DNA of 64,000 nt from Bugula neritina (lineage: Eukaryota; Animalia; Bryozoa), in the NCBI GenBank assembly GCA_964035545.1, contig OZ037766.1, positions 28,379,673 through 28,443,672 on the forward strand, written 5' to 3'. The position numbers were made by a program, and so were the translations under genes. Below the pieces are notes generated by a model. It searched no databases. It was not told where the DNA came from and worked only from the letters and a program-made list of their open reading frames with translations. Shown here piece by piece: positions 1-13,653 of the stretch (position 1 is the first letter of the stretch; every line of letters begins with the position of its first letter).

Positions 1-4
1 CTAG

Positions 5-1814
5 GTACTTAGACCACCCTGTGGCAAAGAGCAAAACTAAAAGTACTGCAGAGTCTCTGGGTTTTGAGCTGACAGAGCTGGAGAGACCTCAGATTCTGGA
101 CGAGACTTTAGACTCGGAGGAGAAAACTTCTGAGAGTGAAACAAAGACATGTGTGGAGGAGGATGATTTCTCATTAGAGTGTAGCCTTGGCCTCAATCCT
201 GGTATTTCCTGTAAGTAATGGTTGGACAACACTTTTTTTAATACATTATAGTCATCACGAACCCAAAAGTTAGATAGATAATAGATAGAGAATTTTCAAA
301 GACTACAATTTACTTACAGCATGAATGAAGACAGTATTACGATTTTGATGTTGACTGCATGCATTGTAGTGCTTTGATGCTTTACCTAATAATCTTGCTT
401 TTATTCAATTTTTTTAAAACAAATATAGCAGATATGCTAAAAATTTTCTTGCTTCGATGGTCAAGTTTTATATCTTAGATAAAGGAGGCCTTGCGCCCAT
501 AGGAAGAAGCTTCAATCACTGCTCCGTTATTTATTATATAGTCAAGCGAGATATTCACAGTAGTGTGTATTAAGAAGTTACTTAGTATTTATTATGTTTC
601 AATGTCTTGGGCAGATAAACACCCGAGGTCATCAGAAATGGTGAAAATTTATCTCAGTGACATTAACAAACAAAGATGGGAGGCCTGGAAAAATAACCAA
701 ACTTTAGCATCATGGGTGCTTGGTCTACAAAAATCTCTAAACACAGATCTGAGGGTGACAGTGTATGATCAGGGTGAGTGCACCGGTCTTACCAAATACT
801 TACAGCTTGATATACTTACTTCTCTGCCTATTTATTTGTTTATTTACTGTTGTATATCATGAGTTGTTTCTCAATGGAGTTGTCCTCCTGACTATTTGGT
901 CACGTTCTCTAGAATGTTCTCTATACTGCTTTAGTGTACTGTATAATGTATTACATTATATACTGTACTGTATTACATTATATACTGTACTGTATTACAT
1001 TATAATTGTACTGTATTATATTATATATTATATACTGTACTGTATTATATATACTGTACTGTATTATATATACTATACTGTATTATATATACTCTACTGT
1101 ATTATATATACTATACTGTATTATATATACTATACTGTATTATATATACTATACTGTATTATATATACTCTACTGTATTATATATACTATACTGTATTAT
1201 ATATACTATACTGTATTATATATACTCTACTGTATTATATATACTATACTGTATTATATATACTATACTGTATTATATATATTGTATTATATAATACGCT
1301 GTGTTTGTGTATTTAGAAGGAGCATACTTTGGTCAGCAGATCACCTGGCAGCAGATTAAGTCGTGTACAGACTCCATCAGAATAGTTGTGAATAAAGGGG
1401 TCACTGAAGTTGTGTGTAAGTATATTTTATTTTTACAACTGGTAAATAGCAACATATACACTACTTTGTAACGACGTGGAAAACTTTTGCACCATAGTGT
1501 AAAATTGGCGTATGTAAAAACATCTAAAATGCTACCCAATGTCTCAGAATGTGCTTCGGTTGCGTTTTGTTTAATTCAAAAATTAGCTTTCAAAAGATTT
1601 AGATGCAACATAGTATGCTCAAAATTGTATTAATTTCATCTTTTAATAAATGTAATATCCTGACCATTTTGTGGCTGGCCATGCATTAGATATTCACAAA
1701 TGTATTTCTACTGCTGTTATATTGTCATGCTGACATCAATGCTTTGTGCTTATTTTAGTTACTCCTAAACTTGAAGATCTAAGTGATATAACTGAGGAGA
1801 GTGCATCTTCATAG
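5..1814 (+). CDS. 3' part of an unidentified spliced gene (5'-partial); exons 5-210, 615-773, 1317-1415, 1759-1814
   Basis: Four AG..GT-bounded segments join in phase: ...YLDHPVAKSK...NPGIS-YKHPRSSEMV...VYDQ-EGAYFGQQITW...TEVV-FTPKLEDLSDITEESASS*. No recognisable domain. Confidence 0.6.
940..1290. repeat. Minisatellite, ~19-bp unit TATTATATATACTATACTG
   Basis: Many near-perfect tandem copies, more degenerate at the left end; lies in an intron of the left-hand gene. Confidence 0.9.
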
Positions 1815-4800
1815 CCAAAATGCTGCACCAAGGCTATTATATGCTAAACTAAAGCTATTATACTTCTAACAAATATCTTAGCCTTTGATTGCCAGTGTTT
1901 ATGCAAACTAACTTCAATTGGGCTACAAAGCATAATAACTAAAAACTCACATTTTCTATAAGGTTGTAATCTATATTGTACAGTGTGTATCTAAAAGTTA
2001 TTTCAAGTGACAGGTATTGTATTATTATAGTGTTCAATGACGCTGTTGCATTTAGAAAATGACTTGCCAGATACTGTTCTATATTTAATAGTGTTTTTTA
2101 TATTTTAGTCTTTCTACGGGTGTTTAGGTCTTTTGATCTTTTCCTTGACATTTTGATATTGTTACAAGAAATAAGGTTCAGGATTTTATTTTGATTGGGT
2201 AATAAAATACTTATAACAAATTTTATTTCAAATATAACTATAATATGCGTTCATATGCATATTACATGACAAAAAAGCATACTATATTCTAGCATAGTGG
2301 CATACAAATTTGTGCATTTAAATCAACTTAAAACGCCTTGTTTCTTTTTTCTATTGCTATAAATTTTATTTATTTATCTATTTATTTGGTAATATTATGT
2401 TTTCTGCTGACTGAGATATATGAGGATGTGTTTCCTAACTATTTTTATGTATTTATTGTTACTGAAGGGTTTTACAATTGCTAACATAATGTATATAAAT
2501 TGGTGTATTATTATATATTTGTATATAGATATGACTAACTGAATAAAATTATATACTGTTCAATATTTTTTCTTTTAATTAAATATACACACAACATAAT
2601 GTAGCAAAAAGTGTTATAGTTAATACAGATCAATGCCATTAGAATTAGAAATACAAATGCTGGCAATTATTTCATTTATGTTTGAAGACTAAAATAAATT
2701 CAATGTGGGCTCAAAGCTCAATAATGTTATACAGATGACAAAAGCAATTATGCAGAATTTTTACAACTAAAACTTACCAAAAGAATTACTCAAATAGCCA
2801 TAATACAACCTAAAACTAGGCCTAAAAAAAAGAGTTTTAAATGAGTGCTACAAAATGACACTTGGAATACATTGTTTTAGTGTCAACTTTAATACCCATA
2901 TTATAGGAATAGATGCAATACAAATAAAATGGCATTAATATTATAATATCAATACTATTATATTAAACAAATTTTATTGATATTATTGGTTTGCAAATAT
3001 GCTTTTATGGCTTGCTATGACTTCTTAAGTACCTATATATAAGTCAATGCTTATGCACAATAATTATCAGTCCAGTATTAACTCTATAGGTGTTTATCAA
3101 AGCAAAATATCTTGTCATACTGTAATATATTGAGAGCAATTTTCAAGAAATTATCCATAAATATTAAAAGAAATTGTAGGGTAAGCTAATCTCATTAAGA
3201 CACATATTTCTATATAAACAGCCACCAGCTGAAGTGCAGTATGTTGTGTAGATTTAGGTGATATGTTCTAGCACACTTATGTTGAGATTGTCTCTCTTGC
3301 ACTTTAGCCTTTCCTTACATCATATTGTCTTGTTAAATCTAAGTGATATAGCTGATTCATCAGTGAGAGCTGTGCAAACAATAACCTTGAACCTTGGTCC
3401 CTCAGTCTATAATAATACTCAAGATCTGAGACTTAATAATATAATGTAAATACTTTGGCTCATCCAGCTATTGGAGAGACAATATTATATTGATTTCTTG
3501 AATAATTAATAGCAATATTATTTTAGGTGACTTATTGATGTGGGTATGGCCAAAGGCAATGCAATGAAATACAAAACAAACGACTTTAAGGTAGGCAGTG
3601 AAATCAACTATTTTTAGCTGGTAGTTTAATTACTGTGGCTCAACATTGTGTTTATTAATTTGAGAATTCGTTTCATTATCTTTGCTTTCTGACAACTTTA
3701 GATATGTGTGTCACGAGTGACTTATATAGCCATCACACTTACTTTGGCTTATAATATATACTACGAGTACATTATGCAACTATATGGCTTATCAGGGTGT
3801 TCTTGTAAAATTTATATCTTAATTATAATATAATTTCTAGGATGAAAGCTAAAGTATGTATGATTATTATGAATAGAAACTGAGTAGTTGTTGTGCCAGT
3901 TAATTTTTATCTAGATACATAAGACTTATTTGTATATTTATCATTCATAGATAAGCATATGTTTATACAGAGAATTGGAGAACTCCTATTGTCTTATGTA
4001 AAAGAAGCTAGTGGGTTGTTTATTATATTGTAAGAATTTAGGCATATATGCAATATGTTTCTGTGAGGTATATTGATGGGTGAAGTTGGATATTTTAATT
4101 CGAAAGTTGTAAATAATGACATTACATGTACATAATTGTGTGTTCACGTGTGTATATATTTTTGTATATATAAATACACAACGCACAGCACTACACTACG
4201 CAATACCCTAGTAATATGAGTAATATACACTCTAGATGATAATATACCATAATTATATATACTCAGTTAGATATGAGCAATTTACATGCATGCATGCATG
4301 TGTTAACCCCATTTATGATTGAATACTTTCTTTGCTAGTTAATTTAAACTAATAAACTTGTTGCATGGGTAAATATACTAACACGGTGTCATATTTGGTA
4401 GCAGAATATAAGGTAGCTGTTTGCTATTTTTTTGCCATTAGCGCATACTTTATATGAGCTGCTCATAGAAAATGTAGTAAGATAACTCCTAAAATTAAAT
4501 AAAGTCTCTAATAAAGCCGTATGATATATAAAATAGCAAAATAAATAAGTGCAACTACTTGTGTGGATCTTATGTGTATTATGCAATAGTGAGTGAGCTT
4601 TGGTCTTATGCATTACATAAAAGAGCTCAAAATTTTGTATATAAATAATTCAAATAGGAGGTTTTGACTTTTTATTGCCCCTTCATTTTAAACTAAATCA
4701 TTGCTCCAACTGATAAAATAGAACTTAGGCTATAATTAGCTACATACAGCTGAATTTCAAACCTATTATTAGTGAACAGTACATGTAGTACCTTAATATG

Positions 4801-6492
4801 CTATTCAATTACATCATATGAACACTGCACATAAAGCTGCACATGAAGAAGATAGTTTGAATTAAATTTCAAACTAATCTAACAGAAAAGATGTTGAACT
4901 ATGAAGAAGTTTGAAACAAATTAATTTCTTTTACCTCAATAATTAAATTTGCTTTATGCTTATAGATTCAACATTATTAAAAAAGTTCATTACACTATCT
5001 GCATTATAATGAAACATTCTATTTCATATTAATTTATCATCAATCGAAACTAGCCTTTATAAGTACAATACGAAAAGCATTATACTCTAAGTCATGAGAA
5101 TAGCATCATTTGCACCAATCCAGTATGTAGTATGTAGTCTATTTTGCAAAGAAAAGGCAATTTACTGGGAAACTACCCTTTGTGAGTTTGAAATAATTGT
5201 CTTTGTGCATTGCTCTACGATTAGACAATACTTTTCAATAGATTCACTTGGGTATTGATCTTCATGACATGTCAAAAGTATCGACTTATGAGTTATGAAA
5301 TATTTATGAAATGGTCGCCATTTCTATGTAAACACACTGCATAAGTAAGAGGTCTGCTTTTAGATTTATTGCAGCTATCTAAAGGTATGTGAGATTTTAA
5401 ACAAAGTTTCCTTGAAAGGTTTTTGTTTATTTATTTGGTTTATATATTTCAATATGAAGTAGTAAAATATTACCTTGACATGCATAAGTTAATTCAAATA
5501 GTTTTATACTCATCAGTTATATGAACTGCTTAAACTGTGATCTACATTTTTTTTTTAAATTTTCAATATGGCATAGTCATTCACATTATTAATTGTCATT
5601 ATATATTAGCACTATTTTCAAAGTTTTTATAAAGTTATGATAGTGCAAATAAGTAAAATTTTAGCAATATATAGTAATATGTCAGGTTGAAAACTGGTTT
5701 TAGTTTAATAATAATACTTTATTTAAAAATACATATGTTACAATTTACGATTTAATACGATTTAAAAATACATAATATTATGTTTATTTTTCACACGGTT
5801 GCCTAATTAATATAGGTGCACGTGAGAACATCAGCTGGTTATCAATTTGCTAACATAAACTTTCCTTCAGCTACAATTAAACTACATGAAATTACAGAAA
5901 CACTTTTTGATTAGGCATACATTTTAGTAACACTGTTCTCACACTAGTTTCGACATCAATGAACATGATATTTTTGCAAATAACTTAATAAAAGTTATTC
6001 AAGACTTAGCAATTTTATATTTGCAGTATTTCTAGTGAACAATTTTATTTTCTTATAGCAATGTGAAAAATTAATGTAGGGTGTTGAACTGCTATATCTT
6101 TAATAATTTAGTCTAACAAAGAATCTAAACTTTTACATAAAGTAAGCCTACTGTCATTGAATGTAGCAGTTAGCCTAATTAATGCTATCTTTGTTTTTAT
6201 GAGGTATGCAAATGTGTCTATTTTATGACTTGTTACTCTATATAATTATTTGGGTAAGCAAAATTTTTTAATAGTCAACATTATTATTTTACTGTCCTAC
6301 TCTGATTGACTTTCAAAAATTAACCTGAAATATCTTTAAAAGAACATTATAGGATTCTATATAAGGACTATATCACCACATTTGGAATTAACAATAAAAC
6401 TGGCTATACTCACATCTATCAACAGCTCGATTGGTATTTTGTCTACTATAATATAACATGCAGTAAAGCAATACTAGAATTCTTTGCAGAAA

Positions 6493-9400
6493 ATGACTAC
6501 GGAGAGCTTACAAGATCAATGGCATGATTTTACACAGGAAACATCGATGCATGGTTTGAAGTATGTTAAGATTAAAAAGATTGCTCTAGTTAGAAGGTTA
6601 GTCATTTAAACACAAGCCTGTGTATAAACGACATTCACATTTATAAAAACAATAACCAAGTTATTTATTTGTGTTCTATTAAATGGGTTTTCCCTTTTAG
6701 AGTTAGAGTTTAATTGTCATGAGAATAGCTTTTTGTAACAAAAGCCTAGTAATATATATTACTATCTGCAGCATACTTTATATACTACTAGTATCTGCAG
6801 TCAATATTTGTGATTACTTCATTAGCCAATATCTATCAGTACATAAAACATTTGTCAATACATAATAGTGAAGTAATTAGCTGGTGAATTTAAACAGAGT
6901 AGACAAAGTAGTGCTTTTGAGCTCATTTAATGACATAAGGGCAATTTATTACAATAACATGAGTTATTCTGGGCACTTAGATGTTTATTCAGTCAGCTTT
7001 AAAATAACTTAGCCCATTCGCTCAATAAGTAGCTAGTAAATGCCATTATTGATTATTTATTATACAACGTCACCGTCTAGCAGCTGAATCTTGACTCATC
7101 ATTGATAATTAAAGAAAGCAAACCTGTAATAAAACAAAAAACGTAAACATATTCAAGTTTGCAACAGTTTAGTAAACATTTCAAGCCTTAATTCATGACA
7201 ACACTATCAACATTGTCAAAAGAAATTGATTTATATGCCAATAAATAATCCTAAAATAATAAAAGAATACAAAATAAACATTCTAGAAGAGGATCATTAT
7301 AGAAAAAAAACTTTAATAGGCTGTATAACTTGCTGCGATTATTACTCAAAAGGCAAGTTGCAACAGCAATAATATTGTAGCAGTTGGTAAATAGATACTT
7401 TAATCAATGCTGAATACATGTCCTAAATCAGAGTTATAGCTAAATGACGCAAATAATTTAAAGATTTGTTGTTGGAAATTAAGTGTCTCTCTACATCTCT
7501 TTTATAGTAAAAACAATTACGTCAGTCTAATTGTTACCATAGTTTGCACACATTCTGTACAGTAGATAGCTGTAAATTTTTAGTGGCACATGATATAATA
7601 GTTTATTGGATGATATGCTGAAAAGGAAATATATAATTGAGGCATTTTCACTATATAAAATATATTTAAAACGCAATGCATCAACTATATTTCATTTATA
7701 ATATGTCACAAATTGAATAAAGATTAAATTTTTTATATGCGTCTTAAATGCAGTATTTGAAATTGGTAGAAGCAAAAAAAGACTGCGAAATACTATTCTA
7801 TACCAACTAAATTCTAAAAAGATGTTAATAAATTCTTATTTGTTTATATGACATTGCTTTACTCATTTTCAAGTTAAACTTGAGCATAATTTACTTTAGT
7901 TAATTATACGTGTCAGTATAGCACAATAATTGTTGCATTCTTTTATTGTAGGATTTTATTTTGAAAAAATGTTAACAAAATAATTCAATAGAAAAAAATT
8001 AAAAACTAGCTTATTTTAATCCAAATTAAAGTAGCTTTTACTTTAGAACAGCTTACAGTTTTCAATATAGCTTAAAATGCTAAAAAAATGAAATTTAATT
8101 CATATTGCAGAATTGTTTGGTCTATACTAATACTTGTGATGTTGGGGTACCTGTGCTGGGCTGGCTATTTACTTCTTGATGTGTACTTCAAGAAAATTGT
8201 CAAAACAAAGGTCAAAGTTCGAAATGCTTCCAACTTGACAGTAAGTACAAAATATATTTTTAAAAAAAGTTGTTTTACTTCAATTTATATTCTAGTTTTT
8301 TTAACAAAATGTTATATTTTTTCAATTTTCACATTTTTTGTTTTGTTTTGCATCAGTAAATTAATAACCTACAAAAAAGAACATCTCAAAGCTATTTAAT
8401 ATTTAAAGTTTAAAAGTCCGTGCTCAAAAGTTTTTCTGAATATAAAATATACACATAAAAGTATGTGATGCAATTTTTCTCTTTAAATTACATAAACCGT
8501 CATATACAATTGATTAACTAAGACAACAATTAATTTAGATGGTAATTGAAACAAAAAGTTATATGCTGGCTTATCAGGTTTACTTCATTAAGTAACCACA
8601 TTTGTTATGTATAGTGTGACATCATGTGCTAATTTTGTAGTTTCCTACAGTCACCATCTGTAACAGAAACTACTGGAAGCAATCAGCTGCTGAAGGCCCT
8701 AATGCCACAGCAGAAATAAAAGAAACTATGAAAAACATTTTGAAAGATTTATATTACCCCTCTAGCCAATCACCACCTCCGGACAGCAAGTGAGTCATCT
8801 TTACTGTACGTCATACACCGCTGCATGGGTAAATTGTATAAATATATATAAATTATAGTCAAATATGAGAATAAACTCTTATATCTCTCAACTCACTCAC
8901 GCAAGTTTATAGACGTTATCCCTGTGAGAAACCCCTGATGGAAAGGGTTTTTTGTTAGAACGGGCTAAAGACTTGTTTAGATGAGGCACAGGGGTAATTG
9001 CCGCTAGATGCTAGGTTCAACCCATGACTTTGTGTTCATATTAAGCAAACGCTTTGACCCCTAGACTACTATTATATTTACTGCCTGCATAATATTTTTA
9101 ATCTCAACAGTAATTAAAATTAATTTGTAGCTACAGCAGTATTTTGTTGCTTTTAAGTTCATTTTGACTTTGCATATGTTTGACTGAGTAGATCAACTAA
9201 TACTTCAATAGCTTACCTGTTTCTGCACTCAGATCTGACTCAGTAATAACTGGCTCTATATTCAAATCAAGCGTGGCACAGAAGATTCACTTTGTATACT
9301 TACTATAGGTACAACTGGTCATCTCCATTTCTATCTTCCTGGGATGAAGCTGGTCAAAACGCCACAAGAGCCTTAGAAGTAATGGCTCATACCCTGAAAG

Positions 9401-12400
9401 AGACTTTTGTATTTTGTCTCGTGAACGGTGTTGCAACTCCCTGTGATAAAATATTTAGACAAGTAAAAACAGATGCTGGTATGACAAATCTTTTTATTTA
9501 ACAAAAATAAATATTCGTAACTGTTTATCAAAAGCTGAAATTATTTTACTCCATATCACTATTCTTAAGTTTCTACTGTGCATGTAGCAAAATGTTGAAA
9601 CAAAATATAAATTGACAAATTTTTACCAAGACCATTAATTCGAAACCTTTCTCTCTAAACTATTTTATCACATATATATTGCATTTATTCTACAAAAAAT
9701 TTACATTTAAAACCTGCAAAATTTATTAGTTATATGAACCAGCAACTTTTTTATCTTTGAAATATTTTTATATAATGACTTTTGAAAATACAGTTTTCTA
9801 TGTGCTTGATATCTTAATTATAATCAGTTCATTGTAATCATTATACTTAGAACAATACAAATACATTAAAATAGGCAATATCAAAATACTGTAGATTAGA
9901 AACATCACAATGTCTAGGCAGCTGGTGTTTGTTGACTGTAGGTCTGTGTTACCAGTTTAACCAGAATGGGAGCTTTGTGTCTCACACAGCTGGACTCAGC
10001 GGTGGTATTCAGATATTTCTAGACGCTCTGACTCATGAGTACTATGTTGGCCCTTTCTCTTATTCTGAGGGATTCTCGGTATATATAATATATATAGAAT
10101 TAATTTGTTGTTTAGCTGTTTTAAGTTTGTGGGGTCTATTTGACCAGACTTCTTTTTTATTCTTGGATTGTAAAACATGGCTGTTGTAAAAAGGATACCT
10201 AAATTTGGAATGAGTTGTATTGAACTAACATATGCTGCATTGACTCTAAATTTATTGAATTTTATTTAATTTACTCTAATTTCATAATTTCAATTTTTAA
10301 TAAGAAATAAGACTATCTCATACATCAGTTATCGTTTAGGTCTAAAAAGTTATTGCAGCAATAGAAATACTGGAATAATTAATTTTATGAGCATAATAGA
10401 AATACTGAATTATTTTTAAAAGAAAGTTATATGCTCACTTTAATTATAGCTTAGCTAGCAAATTAGATACCAAAACATAGTTTAATGCTACTTTCAATTC
10501 ATTATGTTTTCACAGGTAGTAGTGCATGAGGCAGATGTGGAACCCCTGGTAGCAGAGCTAAGCTATGGCATTAAAACTGGGACTCACACTAATATGATTG
10601 TTCAAAGGAAAGAGGTGGAGTCACTATAATTGCTCTTTTATTAAAACGTATAAGTTTTGATACTAGCTATAATAAACTAAATGTTTTCACAAATTTTTCA
10701 CATCTAAAATTTATATTTATACCCAAAGTCTAAAGCTACGAGTAACTGATTTTATATCATGTCAAAAAACTGAGCTTTTTGCTATAAGCAACTAGCTAAA
10801 GCCAAATAATAACTGTATTATAGATGTTATTTTTTTATTGCACCCTATATGTATATACAGCTTTTTTAACACTATGAAATACTTCTCATTTGTGACTTAT
10901 ATGTATTTAGATATTCAATCAATAATTGAAAATAGTTTCAGCTTGTTTATATATTTTATAATAGTCTATAAATTTAACATGTAGCTTTCTCAAGTCTTCT
11001 GAAAATTTTTGACTATTCCAGACAAGAAGACAACCTCCACCAGCAGATGACAACCAAGCAGACTGTTTTGATTCAGAGAATCTGCCCAACCCTCTACATT
11101 ACTACAGTACTTACTCCTACTCTGCTTGCTACTACGAGTGTCAGATATCTTATGTACTCAATCAGTGTGGTTGTGTTGACTTCCTTCATCCTCGTAAGTT
11201 TAGTTTATTCAGAGTTTTTTTCAAGTAATAAGTTATGTAAATCGAGATATTTGGTAAATAGTAACTGTTGCACTATTTATAATTTAGCAATGCATTAGTA
11301 AAATATTCACAGTTAATTAGATTGTTGGTATAATACAGCTAAAATGCAGAGATGGTTTGTTTTTTTAATTCGCTTCTGATTGATTTGATTTGACCCTCAA
11401 TTATATAATATATACTCCTGCCAGCCATCCTAGTCACATATACTGAGTACTATGAGTCAACTAATAATCATGCACTGATGTGAGTGATCTGAGAGTCATG
11501 CAATTGACTTATAAACACAGGCACCAAATGTTAATAAAATACTTGTTTTAAGAAATAGACTGCAACCATTATAGTTAAATAATTTTTCTGTTGAAATAAA
11601 ACTAAAATATTTTTATCATTACAAGTTTAGGGTAGTGATATATGCTAATGACAATAATTATAGTAAAAGCTGGTGTAGTTATATATTTTGAAACTGTATT
11701 TTCAAGACGACATAATATTTTGTAGCCTACAAGGGAGCAGGAACCTGTGGAGTAAAAGGAATGCTCTACTGTGTAACACCAGCTAAGAGTAAGTCAAATG
11801 CCATAAATTTGCAATTCAAAGTTTATATATTTTAGTTGAAAATAGTAAAATTATAGAAAAGTTGTTTAATGTATTCAAAGATTTTGATGTAAAAGCAAGC
11901 GTGATATGCAGGTATTATTATTCAAATATAACTAAATTACTATTCCAATTCAAAACATTACTCATCATATCATGTAAAATGTAGTTGGATAATTAAAGCA
12001 AAAAATAATCGAATTTATTATTTAATAGTTTTTATTGCTACTTAAGAAGCCATTGTGTTGTTTTCTTTTTAAATTTTATAGCAAAATAAAAAAAAAATTG
12101 TGAAATTTTGTCTAACATTTTGCTATAAAATATAATTTTAGTTACAGTTATTTCTGAACCTTTTTGATTTTTAAAGATAGGATGTTTGCAACTTTTTCTA
12201 ATGATTGCTTAAATAATTTATATTTATATTTATTTATTTTCTACCCTGCAGGAGAATTTGCATCAAATCCAGTATACTTAGAGAAATGTGCCTGTAAATC
12301 AACTTGCAATGAGACTCAGTACAGTGCTAAAATATCTGGCTATACTTTCCCAAGTGAAAACTTTGTGAAAGATTTTTCGGATATGCTTAATGGTAAAATG

Positions 12401-13653
12401 ATAAAGTTTTGTTAGTTGCTATAGAATTAGTTTATATGTTAGTCTATGTACAAAACACCTTGTTTTAAAAATCTTTAATTGATTTTGTAGTTATAAAAAT
12501 AAATAAATAAATAAACTAACATTTCATACAATTTAATAGATTTACGGAGCAAAAAATTATCTAAATTATTAATTTATTCTGCAAATTTTTAAGAGAAGCT
12601 GGTGTATGTTTCTATAAAAAATATTTTGCGACATAGCACTAAAATGTTGACGCTTTCATTAAATTTCTACTATATACCCATGCGTCAAAAAATACTTTAT
12701 ATGAAAAGTTTATAAAAATAGAAATTTTTCTGTTATGATTTTTAGTGAACTTCAATTAAAAAATCATGTCTAAAAATAGCGTGCTGTATCTATTTTTAGT
12801 ATCAGTTGACTACATGAGACGGAACTTCGCTGCTGTCGACATATCATATGGTCAGATGTCATACGAACTTCTGGAGGAAAGCTTTGCTTACAGTTTTGCT
12901 GATATTGTTGGTAAGTTTCTATATGTTACAATTTTTCCGCTTATTTTACATATGAGCTCTACAGCCAAATTACTTTAAAAGGCTTTGGAACATGGTTTTA
13001 GTTTTTACAATATATAATATAAAGGTGCAATTTATATACTACTGACACTGTGTTATATGCATGGTTATTAAAATTATGACAATTGAAATGCTGTTCGCCG
13101 CATTACTTTATATTCTTTTTATTTTATGAAGATATAGCTATTTTAGTTTACAATATATGAATTGAACTATTCAAACTTCTAATTAACTGAATCACAGTTT
13201 TTACTAATTAGAAATAACATGGCCAGTTTACTCAACAGCTAAAGTAGATTCATTCAGTGTAGACAAATACAAAAAAAACAGAAAATTTGTTTCTTTGAGT
13301 ATAGAATATTTAAGATTCATTTTTTCAAACTTAGTTATTTGATGAATGGAAAGTACACTGTATATGCAAGCTGCGTGTTGTATATTTCAGCTAGTCTCGG
13401 TGGTACATTCGGGGTGTCCTTGGGAGCGAGTATTCTCACCATGTTCGAGTTTGTGGAGTTTGTCACACTGTCTGTTGCGAGACTAATAGTCCAGCTAGCC
13501 GACAAGTCTAGTAAAAGTACTCCCATAAAACCATTCAAGAACTCTGTGTCAGCTGACAGTAATGATCATAGTTTGCAAGAAACATGGAAGCAAGAAAACC
13601 AGACTGACAATACATGGCAAGATAGTACCATGAAAGGCTGGGCAATCGGCTGA
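6493..13653 (+). CDS. DEG/ENaC (amiloride-sensitive sodium channel family) gene 1, ~512 aa; exons 6493-6596, 8111-8240, 8641-8789, 9309-9478, 9942-10078, 10516-10614, 11022-11193, 11726-11788, 12252-12392, 12800-12910, 13391-13653
   Basis: All introns GT-AG and exons sum to 1539 nt in frame. Motifs: TSMHG (HG motif), RRIVW at TM1, FPTVTICN, GLCYQFN, Cys-rich thumb (CYYEC..CGC), and TM2 LGGTFGVSLGASILTMFEF (GAS belt). Confidence 0.93.
8901..9070 (-). mobile_element. tRNA-derived SINE copy (internally deleted)
   Basis: Shares CCTGTGAGAAACCCCTGATGGAAA...AACCCATGACTTTGTG with copies at ~31565, ~48711 and (inverted) ~62381. Confidence 0.7.

Noticed and set aside
765-1359. ORFs over simple repeats (also 24.8-25.2, 38.4-38.8, 47.4, 49.5-50.0 and 54.2-54.6 kb)
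   Set aside because: Low-complexity translations of micro/minisatellites.
11047-11298. Recurrent ORF MTTKQTVLIQRIC... in four places (possible dual coding)
   Set aside because: It is an alternative frame of exon 7. Its recurrence follows from nucleotide identity, and its ends run into unrelated introns.
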